Shown: positions 52,227 through 61,918 of the stretch, piece by piece | Layout of the letters: each line of letters begins with the position of its first letter | Position numbering within the stretch: the stretch's first letter is position 1 | The notes under the pieces: model-generated | Databases searched by the model: none | The model's input: only the letters and a program-made list of their open reading frames with translations | What the model was told of the DNA's origin: nothing | Assembly: GCA_963726195.1 (NCBI GenBank) | Contig: CAVSBO010000004.1 | Coordinates: 351,723-415,722, forward strand | Direction of reading: 5' to 3' | From: Candidatus Thorarchaeota archaeon | GTDB taxonomy: Archaea > Asgardarchaeota > Thorarchaeia > Thorarchaeales > Thorarchaeaceae | DNA: 64,000 nt | Position numbers and translations under genes: made by a program

Positions 52227-52763
52227 ATGATACTCACACCTGAGCTGGTAACTGCGATGAGACGACAAGCTGGCATGACACAAGGGGAACTTGCGCGCGC
52301 GGTGGGGGTATCGCAGTCGTACATAGCACGTATCGAGTCCGGCACTCTCGACCCGAAGCTCTCGGTCGCCAACAAGATCTTGGAGGTTCTAAGCGTACAG
52401 TCCGGCCCGACCCTAAGTGCTGTCATGACAGCCGACCCGACTACTGTTGACGCACGTGATTCTGTGGCCAGTGTCATCCCTGTGATGCAGGAGCGTGCCT
52501 TCTCTCAAATGCCAGTTGTAAGGAGCGGAAGAGTCGTCGGCATCATTACTGAACTCGATATTGTTCGCAATCTCAACCGCAATCTTGCTCAGGTCTCCGT
52601 GCAGGCAATCATGGATCCTGTTGCACCCCCAATGTTCGACGAGAACACGCCTCTAAGCTTCATCCTACCCCTGTTTGAATCGTTCCAAGCCGTACTCGTT
52701 CAGAAGCAAGGACGTCTGATTGGAGTTGTCACGAGAGCTGATGCCATGAAATCTGTGCACTGA
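52227..52763 (+). CDS. XRE-HTH plus CBS-pair transcriptional regulator (COG3620-like)
   Basis: RRQAGMTQGELARAVGVSQSYIARIESG followed by two CBS domains. Confidence 0.92.
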   Translation: MILTPELVTAMRRQAGMTQGELARAVGVSQSYIARIESGTLDPKLSVANKILEVLSVQSGPTLSAVMTADPTTVDARDSVASVIPVMQERAFSQMPVVRSGRVVGIITELDIVRNLNRNLAQVSVQAIMDPVAPPMFDENTPLSFILPLFESFQAVLVQKQGRLIGVVTRADAMKSVH

Positions 52764-52925
52764 AGCGCATATGGACAGATGAGAAGCGATTTGATAAGAC
52801 TTGGCGCGGAATTTCGTTGTTGACACGAGAATGATGGTGGCCCACCTGGAGTGCCCCTTTGTTTTCATGTCCTCGCAGGAGAGGTTATAAGTCGTCGAGC
52901 GAAGTTCGCATCGAAGGGAACGGAT

Positions 52926-53582
52926 TTGACTCAAGAACTCGAAGTCTTGGAAGATCTCCGCGAGGGCATCGACTCCTTTGTTGAGCGCTGGTCCAAGATA
53001 CAGAGGAACTCAGTCAAGTCCATTCAGGCAGTGACCAACACCCTTGTCCAGATTGAGCATCTCGACGGTCCTATGGGCAAGCTCGATGGTTTCAAGGACA
53101 TTAGGGAAAACGCTCGGGGAAAGCTCTTGGTCACGCTCTTCGACAAGCTCGTGCCATCTCTCGAGGCATCAATCAGGGAGTTCACCAAGCTGATGAAGAT
53201 GTTCGAGACTCTCAGACAGAAGGTTTCAAGCATCCAGACATTTGCTGAATCATTGAGAAGCGATGTTCAGGATTCGCCGGAACTCGAGGACCTCATTGGC
53301 TTCCTCGATCTTATTGTAATGAGCGTGCATGACATTCTGAACATGTTCGAGGCTGAGTTTCTGGTCAAGATAACAATCTACAACGATATCGAAGAAGGAG
53401 CGGCTGATGTAGGCATCATCAGCAACTATCTCACCATCTGGACTGCCGAGCCGAACATTGAACCGCACGCTCTGGAGAAGCTCCTGAAGGATCTTGATGA
53501 GCATTACGAGCTCCTTCGAGAGATATTCCAAGGCAAGACTGGCATCAGGATTCCGGATGTCTACAAGAATGTGACTTTCTGA
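52926..53582 (+). CDS. Helical-bundle protein resembling eukaryotic CINP/C1orf109
   Basis: C-terminal HDILNMFEAEFLVKITIYNDI...YLTIWTAEPNIE pattern. A TATA-like TTATAA lies at ~52885 upstream of the TTG start. Confidence 0.65.
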   Translation: MTQELEVLEDLREGIDSFVERWSKIQRNSVKSIQAVTNTLVQIEHLDGPMGKLDGFKDIRENARGKLLVTLFDKLVPSLEASIREFTKLMKMFETLRQKVSSIQTFAESLRSDVQDSPELEDLIGFLDLIVMSVHDILNMFEAEFLVKITIYNDIEEGAADVGIISNYLTIWTAEPNIEPHALEKLLKDLDEHYELLREIFQGKTGIRIPDVYKNVTF

Positions 53583-53673
53583 GCGTCCACAATCTTCTGA
53601 ACCATCATACTTAATTGCCTCGCCAGTCGGTCATGGACAACTCTGGCAGACGCGAGTTGCGAACGAGGAATTG

Positions 53674-54825
53674 ATGATGGCCGACAAGGACGAAGAGATG
53701 GTCGTGACCCCTTGGGAAGTCAGAGGAAAAATCGACTACGATCGTCTTATCGAGTTGTTTGGCACACAGAGAATCGACCAGAAGCTAAGAGAACGGATCT
53801 ACAAGGCTGCAGGTGAGAAGCACTTTCTGCTTGAGCGAGGGCTATTCTTTTCTCACAGAGACCTTGGTTGGCTACTTGATGAACATGCAAAGGGAAACCC
53901 GTTCTTCATCTACACGGGCCGGGGGCCCAGTGGCCACGTCCACATAGGCCATCTCATACCTTGGATGTTTACGAAGTGGCTACAAGACCGATTCAAGGCA
54001 CGCCTTTATTTTCAGTTGACAAATGACGAGAAGTTCTTCTTTGAGGAGGACTTGACAATCGAAGATGTACACCGATTTACTTACGAGAATTCCTTGGACC
54101 TTCTAGCGCTCGGCTTCAAACCTGACAATACCTTTCTGATTAATGACATCAAACACATTGACTTGCTGTATGAGCTCGGTGTACAAGTGGCCAAGAAGGT
54201 GACATTTTCCACTGCAAAGGCGGTCTATGGTTTTGAGAACTCGATGAATATTGGAGGCATCTGGTATCCTGCCCTTCAAGCAGTGCCTGCATTCCTGCAT
54301 TCTTGGATTGTCGGCAAGAACGTCCCTTGTCTGATTCCATGCGCCATAGATCAAGACCCTCATTGGAGAGTCACTCGGGATGTTGCGGACAAGCTGGGTT
54401 ACTACAAACCTGCTTCAATCCAGAACAAGTTTGTCCCCGGTCTGGGCGAAGGTGGAAAGATGTCTTCTTCCGATCCAATGTCAGCCATCTTCACAACTGA
54501 CAAGCCCAAGTTGGCTCGGAAGAAAGTGATGAACGCATTCACGGGTGGCAGGACTACAGCTGAGGAACAAAGGAAACTAGGCGCGAACCCCGACGTCTGT
54601 TCGGTCTTCAAGTACTACGCTTTCATATTCATGCCTGACGATAAAGAGCTTGCAGACATCGAAAGCAAATGCAGAAGCGGCGAGATTCTCTGTGGAGAAT
54701 GCAAGCAGATACTCGCACCAAGGATGGCCGAATTCTTGGAGCGCCATCAGGCCGCACGAGAAGAGGTGAAGGATCGGGTGGAGGAATTCTCGGCGGCGCG
54801 GCTTAGGGACGAAATAAGAAGGTAA
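53674..54825 (+). CDS. trpS: Tryptophan--tRNA ligase (archaeal/eukaryotic type)
   Basis: VTPWEV, YTGRGPS, HIGH, AIDQDP, KMSSS and CGECK. Confidence 0.97.
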   Translation: MMADKDEEMVVTPWEVRGKIDYDRLIELFGTQRIDQKLRERIYKAAGEKHFLLERGLFFSHRDLGWLLDEHAKGNPFFIYTGRGPSGHVHIGHLIPWMFTKWLQDRFKARLYFQLTNDEKFFFEEDLTIEDVHRFTYENSLDLLALGFKPDNTFLINDIKHIDLLYELGVQVAKKVTFSTAKAVYGFENSMNIGGIWYPALQAVPAFLHSWIVGKNVPCLIPCAIDQDPHWRVTRDVADKLGYYKPASIQNKFVPGLGEGGKMSSSDPMSAIFTTDKPKLARKKVMNAFTGGRTTAEEQRKLGANPDVCSVFKYYAFIFMPDDKELADIESKCRSGEILCGECKQILAPRMAEFLERHQAAREEVKDRVEEFSAARLRDEIRR

Positions 54826-55020
54826 GGCGGTCAGCAGTTCCGGGCTTGTCGATGTGAGTCCGGTCGCAGTCTATTCTGTTAGGTTAGCTTCACAAGAAAC
54901 GCTACTTAGAGAAGTCACTGTACGAAACGTAGTGTAGTTTTATTAAGGGCGTATGAGAGCAGACGTACCGGACATGCGTGACACGATATTGTCCGATCGC
55001 AAAGCGTGGAGAACTTGAAA

Positions 55021-56049
55021 ATGGGGACAGAAACAGAGATAGCGGACATTTTCAAATGCCCGGTCTGCAACGGCAACGTACGAATCGGTCCCGATGATGT
55101 GGTCATCACTTGCACTTACTGCGGTAGCACTACGACCATAGAAGGCAAGGCAATTGGAGATCATCTCATGGAATTGGCCATAGCTGACAAGGAGCGAATA
55201 GAAGGACTTCGCGCCTACCTTGGCAAGCACAAGGGAGTGAACAAGGCCCTCGTGCAAGGCGCGGAGATTGTCGAGAACAACTTGATTTTCGTTCCAGTCT
55301 GGACGTCCAAAGTCAAAGCCGATACTTGGTACAAGGGTTACAAGACTGTGTCAGTTCCGGTAGAGCGAACGAGGATGGTGACGGATTCTCAAGGACACAG
55401 CCACACGGAAACCTATACCGAGTACGAGACTGGTTACGTGCCAGTACAGAGCGAGATTCATTCAGACACTGATGAGCCTCTCTTGGCGAGGAAGGGCTCT
55501 CATTTCTACGGTTTGGAACAGTACCTCAAGACGATTAACGTGAACGACACTCAGCGATACGACTTCGAGAAGATTAAGGATCTCAATCCCATAATGCTCA
55601 ATGCTGAGATCGGGGCTGATGAGTACGAGGGGACGATTAGCGGTGTGGTCGCTGACAGGCATAGAGCAGAGGCCCAGCATAACGTCAAAGAGCTGTTCGA
55701 TTGCAACACGACGACAAACGTGCGAGGAACTACTTACCTTCAGGCACCGTTTGCGCTCATTCGATACAAGTTCGGTGGTGGTCTTTTCAAATGCGCCATG
55801 GACGGACACGCCGGCAAGGTGCTTATCGGAGAAATTCCAATCACCCGGGAGCAAAGAGCTTTATGGGCACTGCTCGGCTTTTTTGGAATCATCGTAGCCG
55901 GTGTCGGTGGTGAATTCTTCTACCAAGGATATCTGAACAACGTGGCCAATCTTCTAATAGGAGGCATAGCGGCCATTGTGTTAGGAATCGTAATGACGAT
56001 TCTCGGCGTCAGGATACTTGTCATGCCCGAGCGAGAGGAGAAGGGGTGA
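55021..56049 (+). CDS. Zinc-ribbon membrane protein, YdjG-like
   Basis: CPVC...CTYC, FVPVW, a P-x-x-x-x-x-Y...DG.G..GE.P motif and two C-terminal TM helices. Confidence 0.75.
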   Translation: MGTETEIADIFKCPVCNGNVRIGPDDVVITCTYCGSTTTIEGKAIGDHLMELAIADKERIEGLRAYLGKHKGVNKALVQGAEIVENNLIFVPVWTSKVKADTWYKGYKTVSVPVERTRMVTDSQGHSHTETYTEYETGYVPVQSEIHSDTDEPLLARKGSHFYGLEQYLKTINVNDTQRYDFEKIKDLNPIMLNAEIGADEYEGTISGVVADRHRAEAQHNVKELFDCNTTTNVRGTTYLQAPFALIRYKFGGGLFKCAMDGHAGKVLIGEIPITREQRALWALLGFFGIIVAGVGGEFFYQGYLNNVANLLIGGIAAIVLGIVMTILGVRILVMPEREEKG

Positions 56050-56054
56050 GAAAG

Positions 56055-57037
56055 ATGACGAAGTGTGCGTTTTGCGGTGGTGACATCAAAGCAGGGCCTG
56101 ACGACCTTCTGCTGATATGCCCATTCTGCGGCACGGCACAGACAGTTCAGGGTGCCAACTCAAGGAGCATTACATGATTCGTGTTCACTTCGATCAGAAT
56201 AAAGCCTACACAACGCTGACAGATTGGGTCTCAAAGCAAATCGGTGTGCCACGTGATCTTGGAGCGAATGCTCACATGCTCAAGGCGGAGCAAGTCTGGT
56301 ACCCGTTCTGGGTGAGTCGTGTCGATGCTCATTCCTCCTACAATGGCCTAGGCCGTGATGCAACGTTTCACGACGAATGGCCGCAGTATCGCGGCGCGTA
56401 CAAGAGAATCAACTTCTTCTGGAAACCTGAGTCGGGCGAGGTCACGAGAGACTACGAGATCAAGTCACCTGCTGTGGCGGAGATTGACCAAGACATAAAA
56501 TCGATGGCGATTCCAACAAGGGCAAAGGAATACTTCAGTCATGACCAAGCCGCTCAGTACGGTGGCAGCGTTCTCAATAGCCAAGTGTCTGAGGAAGGTG
56601 CTAAAGCGACTGCGAAGCAGATTGCACTTGACAAACAGACTGCTCTAATCATGCAACATGCGCCGAAGATTGAGTCCAGAAACGACCAGATTGACGTGGG
56701 TGATACATTTCTCGTTCATGTTCCAGTTTGGCAGATCCAATACCGGTACGGTAGCAGGAGCTACAAGGCCTCAGTGTCTGCGTCGACTGGATACGTTATT
56801 GAGAGTGAGTATCCGCGCTCAGCAGCGTTCAGGGCGATGGGGCTCGGACTTGGGTTCTTTCTGCTGGTCATTGGTGCTGGTCTGTTGGCACTTGGTCTTG
56901 GTCTCGTACACATACCTGTCGTACCAGAGGGGGTCCTTGTGGGCGGAGGTATTGTGACAGGAGGCATGCTTACAGCAGTCGGTCTCCTCTTCATGTACAA
57001 GGGAGCATCCAAGAAGGAAGCCAAGGAGAAGGAGTAG
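56055..57037 (+). CDS. Zinc-ribbon membrane protein, YdjG-like paralog; frameshift at ~56157
   Basis: MTKCAFCGG...CPFCG in the upstream frame joins LKEHYMI. Also WYPFW, HVPVWQIQY and two TM helices. Confidence 0.75.
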
Positions 57038-57075
57038 AACACTGGCCCTACTTCTCCACAACCCCTCGCAGATTC

Positions 57076-58236
57076 CTAGACGGAGACAGTGGGGGTTGGT
57101 ATAGGTGCCCAGACATCTTCGAGCCCTACGCGAGAGGGTATCGGCGATTCGCGGGCTACTGCTCTGAGTTCCGGAGTCAGAATAGAGTTCAGGATGCGGG
57201 ACATGTTTGCTCTGGTATCCAACAGAATGGGGTCGGATTCTACTGCTTCGTCCACACCTGCCCTGACTAGCCAAGGTCCCAGCAGTTGGTTTAGCTGCCC
57301 TCGAGAGTGGTGGAAGACTACGACATGGGAATTGGCCTTCTGTTTGGTCAGGTACTGGTACGCTGAGAACCGTGCATGGTCTGCATAGATTGACGTCTTT
57401 GGATCGGTCGTGGGATGCCGTGGGTCTTCCAGACTATAGCCGCCTGACTGAGACCCGTTTCCTGTTTCCGCCCTAAGGTAGTCCACTCTCGGGTCCCCTG
57501 GCTCGAGCAGGACCACGAAAGTGTCTCCATACAGACTTGCAGTGTGAATAGCATAAGTGTCAGATGAGGCTCTTTCGACAATATCCATGAGCGCATTGCT
57601 GACGTAGGCGTCGATTGCCGCTTTGTAGGCTCCCCTGAGGGGTACGAATCTTCTGCTGTTGAGCTTACCCAGAAGACCCACAGACAACAAGCGGGCAACT
57701 TGGTCAAGCGTGTAGTCGTAGTCAAGGAGCTGACAGATGCCCTCGGATGCAGGGATGTCTTTCCCTGTAATTCTCTCTGCGACCTTGGTAATCTCAGGCT
57801 CGGAGAGGACTTCAATTGACTTGACGGTAACTGACGGGCTGGATGGGAGCAGGGCAGGTTGGGTCTGAATTCTGACGGGGGGAATGTCCCCTGCTTCAAC
57901 GCGGATTGCAACTGGCCTGACAGAAAGAGCTATTGTCTGGAGAGCACGAACAGTGTCTGCGGGATACATCTCTCGGGCGTTTATCGGTGTGACGAATCGA
58001 TACAGGGAGCGTCTCATTGTGATGACCGCTTCGCGGTCTAGGCCTTTCCAAGCTCCGGGATGATCGTAAATGGAAAGGTGTTCCGAAGCATCTGTGGAAG
58101 CAAGAACGCCCGCGAGTACGTAAGGATACTTGGCGGGCTCAACACAAATACCCGGGGGACTGAAGACTGTGAGAGGCTTCCTCGCTGGCGTTTGAACCAG
58201 TTGAACTTGGGTGGTCATTACTTGTCCAATCGACAT
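57076..58236 (-). CDS. Nre (NreA-like) archaeal DNA repair protein, divergent
   Basis: SPPGICV..KYPYV, DHPGAW, LLSVGLLG...RRFVP.R...AID and LGPWLVRAGV resemble Nre_N/Nre_C. Confidence 0.68.
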   Translation of the reverse strand: MSIGQVMTTQVQLVQTPARKPLTVFSPPGICVEPAKYPYVLAGVLASTDASEHLSIYDHPGAWKGLDREAVITMRRSLYRFVTPINAREMYPADTVRALQTIALSVRPVAIRVEAGDIPPVRIQTQPALLPSSPSVTVKSIEVLSEPEITKVAERITGKDIPASEGICQLLDYDYTLDQVARLLSVGLLGKLNSRRFVPLRGAYKAAIDAYVSNALMDIVERASSDTYAIHTASLYGDTFVVLLEPGDPRVDYLRAETGNGSQSGGYSLEDPRHPTTDPKTSIYADHARFSAYQYLTKQKANSHVVVFHHSRGQLNQLLGPWLVRAGVDEAVESDPILLDTRANMSRILNSILTPELRAVARESPIPSRVGLEDVWAPIPTPTVSV

Positions 58237-58458
58237 TCTAGGCCGACCTGCTCTTTTCCAGACTGAGTCGTCCTACTGTGAGCATTGCTAAGTCAGTTGT
58301 CCAGCACCAGAGTATCACCATTAGAATGAGCGCGTCCTGGGGAGAGGTTCCCGAAAGTATCTGTCTGGTCGGAATCGCTTTGCGGCTGTCGGAATCGACC
58401 GAGCGTACTGACACAATGCTCCCAAGCTTTATGTGGCGCACAGGGCAGAGAGCCCGTC

Positions 58459-60067
58459 TTGGGAGAGTTAGCTCTGACGAACCCGAAGACAACAGTCCCT
58501 AACATAAGTTGGCAGCAGATCACCAGCTGCCTCTCAGATTGGCTGAGAAGAAACAAAGAGGTGCTTGAGCTTCTCGTGCTCTCCTTTTCGTTGACTCTCG
58601 CGTCGTGTGCATTCTATTTGTCTGTGCTACTAACATGGACTCAGCCAGGGTTTCCTCTTGATGATTCATGGATTCATCTCCAATTCGCACGCACTATCTA
58701 TGAAGGTCACCCATGGGAGTACTCACCGGGTATTCCATCGACAGGCTCTACAAGCCCGCTGTGGTCCATACTGCTCAGTTTTCTGTTTCTCTTCACTCGG
58801 GATTCAGTAAACCTAGTATGGGGAACGTATATTCTGTCAATGGTGTTCTACTGCTCCTGCACATTCTTGGTCGGTCTGATAGTCAGGAGCTACACACAGC
58901 ATACCGTTTGGGGTTGCTTCGCTGCGGCAACCTTTGTTCTGTTTCCTAGGAACACTTGGCTGATGCTCTCTGGCATGGAGACGCCTCTTTTTGTTTTCAT
59001 GCTAATGCTCTCCATCTACCTGCTCGGCAAGACAGAGATGAAATACGACCCTGTCTTAGGGGTTGTCGCAGGATTGGCGTACTTGTCTAGACCTGAGGGT
59101 ATCCTGATAATTGTGGTCTGCCTTCCAGTAAGGATTCTCATCATCGCGGCCAAGAAGCAACTTGACCTCCGACGATTGGGTTCATTTGTCTTGGCCGGAG
59201 TGCTGGCTGCTTTGATAGCAGCTCCGTGGGTGATGTATTGCCTGAACACGACTGGCTATCCCTTGCCCGACACTTTCTACGCAAAGATTCACGTACCAAC
59301 CTCACTTGAGATCGAATACTGGGACTTCTGGTGGATTGCATGGCTGAGCCAGTTTCCCTTCATCAGCATTGGTGCAGTCACGGGCATCTATCTAGCCGCG
59401 AGGGGCAAACCGTACGCATGGCTACTTGGTATCTCCCTTTTTCTTCTATACAGATTCTCGATTCCATACGGGGCGCTCATCAACAACGCAAGGTATCTCG
59501 TGCCAGTTTTCGACTTGCTGCTCGTCACTGCGGTTGCGGGGGCTGCTTGTTCTCATTCAGCGTGCATACCAGCAAGTGAGTTCGCCAATGGCCGGGTTGA
59601 ATGAACGGGCTCTGACCACTTTCGTAATTGTTGGTCTGATTATGATCCCGCTTCTTCCCCAGTATTTCGGTCAAGCGCCTTTCTATGGCAACGCCGTGAA
59701 GAACATAAATGAGCAGCAGGTTCGCATCGGCATATGGCTGAGATACAACACTCCCGAGAATGCGGTCCTTGCCGTACATGATGCAGGAGCGCTGCGCTTC
59801 TTCTCTGAACGTTCCATAATAGATCTGGCTGGATTAGTTACCCCTGGCGTGGTTCATGGTAACATGACTGTTGAACAGACTCTCATCTACCTTAGGCATC
59901 AGGGCTGCGATTACTTCGTGTTCTTCGACGAGTTATTCGTGTATGGTGCATACCTACTTGGTGCTTACAAGACACTGTACACAGTTCACCTCACAGACAA
60001 CGTCATTAGTGGAAGGGACACGATGTCTGTATTCTGGGTGAACTGGAGCATGACGAGCTATGTCTGA
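58459..60067 (+). CDS. GT-C-like polytopic membrane glycosyltransferase; frameshift at ~59545
   Basis: DDSWIHLQFAR, GSTSPLW, SGMETPL, RPEG, PDTFYAK and RYLVP, then DAGALRFF...DLAGL in the next frame. Confidence 0.78.
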
Positions 60068-60184
60068 CCTGCGCATCAGTACGACGCGAACGCAATCCAT
60101 ACGGAGACTGCTGCCTTCTCAGGGCCATGGATTGATGAATAAATTTATGTGGCCTGCTGCTAACTCCGGCAACGGGAGAGCCAC

Positions 60185-60634
60185 TTGACAGACGTGAAGG
60201 CGCAAATCTCGGAGTACCTCGATTTCTTGAAGATGAAATACACCTACAAGGATGGAATCTTCGAGCTCTTGTTCAGTGAGAGGAAGGACGAGCGCCCTGC
60301 CGCACCTGGACGTACGACAGAGGAGGGCTATTTCCGCTACACCATATGGATCAAACCATCGGAAAAATGGGTCGAGGTCTACTGTGATGTCTACCCGTTA
60401 GCCAGCATACCCGCGGAGAAGAGAAACGCTGTTCTCTTGGATCTTCTCGGATGCAACAGGAAATACTCAGAGGTTTGCTTCGATTACGAGGAGTCCAAAG
60501 GGATGATTGGGACGTCCCAAGAAATGATGGCTCAAGGTCTCAACTTCGATGAATTCCGTGAGGAGTTCCTAGCTGTACCGTGGGCGGTCAAGAAGTTCTG
60601 GAGTGAAATAGCAAAGAAGCATGGCCTCAAGTAG
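60185..60634 (+). CDS. YbjN/type III secretion chaperone-like domain protein
   Basis: 149 aa with an alpha-beta(3)-alpha-beta(2)-alpha pattern and LL..N motif. Confidence 0.55.
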   Translation: MTDVKAQISEYLDFLKMKYTYKDGIFELLFSERKDERPAAPGRTTEEGYFRYTIWIKPSEKWVEVYCDVYPLASIPAEKRNAVLLDLLGCNRKYSEVCFDYEESKGMIGTSQEMMAQGLNFDEFREEFLAVPWAVKKFWSEIAKKHGLK

Positions 60635-60636
60635 AC

Positions 60637-61848
60637 TCAGAGATTAGCGACACACGACTCCAGTCTGGTTGTCAGTTGTTCGTACAGATCCATAGGGTCG
60701 TGCACGCTGACGAAGCCTCCTGCATAGACGTCGTTGCTTCCGCCTCCTTTTCCTCCCATCTGCTTGACGATATCGCTGACGATGCTCCCTGCTGTCACTG
60801 TGATATCATTCGTCACAATTATGAAATTTGATTTCTCTCCGGGCGACATTAGGAGGACTACTGAGGGACCCGTCAGGTGCATTTTCTTCACAAGGCGCTT
60901 CATTCTGTTTGTATCAAAACCCGGCAGGTACTCACGAACAAAGGAGACTCTTCCAATTTGCTTTGAATCTTGTCTTTCATTGACCAAACGCTCAACAGTG
61001 TCAAGTAGTTCGTTCCGTTCACTCCAGGCTGTCTTGCTCTTATCCAGCACTGCCCCCAACTGATCGAACTCGTAGGGATACTCGTACTTTCTTGTCAGAA
61101 CTGCATTGAAAACACTGGAGACCAGCTCGAATGCCGGCTCGCCCGCCACGAACTCAAGTCGGGCACTGGAGTCCGTGAGCTTGTAGTCAATCACCTTGAA
61201 CAGCCCGATGTCTCCGGACCTGAGCACATGAGTGCCCGAGCAAGCTGAGCTGTCTGCGTCCCCTATCTTGACTATCCGCAGTTCTTCATGTTTGGAAGTC
61301 ACTCCTTCCCTGACTCTTACCGCAGGATCAAGCTTCGAAGAACTGACTACTTCGCTCGTCACAGGAACATCGAGTGAGACCGTGTGCTGAACCTCCGACT
61401 CAGCTGTCAAAATATCCTCCACCGTCACGGACCCCCCAATGAGTTCGACCGTTCCGTGTTTGCCATCAATCCAGATGTATCCGGGTTGTAGCTGCGGCTT
61501 GAGCTTCTTCAGCGCACCAACGAACAAGTGCTCTGCGCTGTGGTTCCTCATTACCGCTCTTCTCCAGTCCATGTCGATTAGCAGAGTGGCTTCTGTGTGC
61601 CCTGTTACAGGCTGCTGAGCAACCAAAGTGACACCTTGTTCTCTCATGACAGTATCGACGAATGGGATGCTCTTCTTCCCGATTCTCAGTTCGCCCCTGT
61701 CCCCTGCTTGACCGCCACCTTCGGGCCGAACGACCTGCTCCCGGATACGGACTTCAAAGGACTTGCCCACTGGCTGACAATCCAAAATGGCAACTTTGAA
61801 TTCGCGAACTAGCGGGTCGCTCCAATAGAGAGGGGTTTTGCTTTCCAT
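60637..61848 (-). CDS. alaX: Alanyl-tRNA editing protein AlaX with DHHA1 domain
   Basis: PEGGGQAGDRG, HSAEHL, CSGTHV and GGKGGG. Confidence 0.9.
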   Translation of the reverse strand: MESKTPLYWSDPLVREFKVAILDCQPVGKSFEVRIREQVVRPEGGGQAGDRGELRIGKKSIPFVDTVMREQGVTLVAQQPVTGHTEATLLIDMDWRRAVMRNHSAEHLFVGALKKLKPQLQPGYIWIDGKHGTVELIGGSVTVEDILTAESEVQHTVSLDVPVTSEVVSSSKLDPAVRVREGVTSKHEELRIVKIGDADSSACSGTHVLRSGDIGLFKVIDYKLTDSSARLEFVAGEPAFELVSSVFNAVLTRKYEYPYEFDQLGAVLDKSKTAWSERNELLDTVERLVNERQDSKQIGRVSFVREYLPGFDTNRMKRLVKKMHLTGPSVVLLMSPGEKSNFIIVTNDITVTAGSIVSDIVKQMGGKGGGSNDVYAGGFVSVHDPMDLYEQLTTRLESCVANL

Positions 61849-61918
61849 GGCATCTCACTCAGCCGAAACACACAAAACCCGCCTTAAACTCGACTCTCAT
61901 CAACTGGTGACGCCGCAG

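Noticed and set aside
52103-52477. 125-aa N-terminal extension of SAM synthetase in the ORF track
   Set aside because: It is the antisense of the HTH-CBS gene. The real start is MGLNLEV at 52102.
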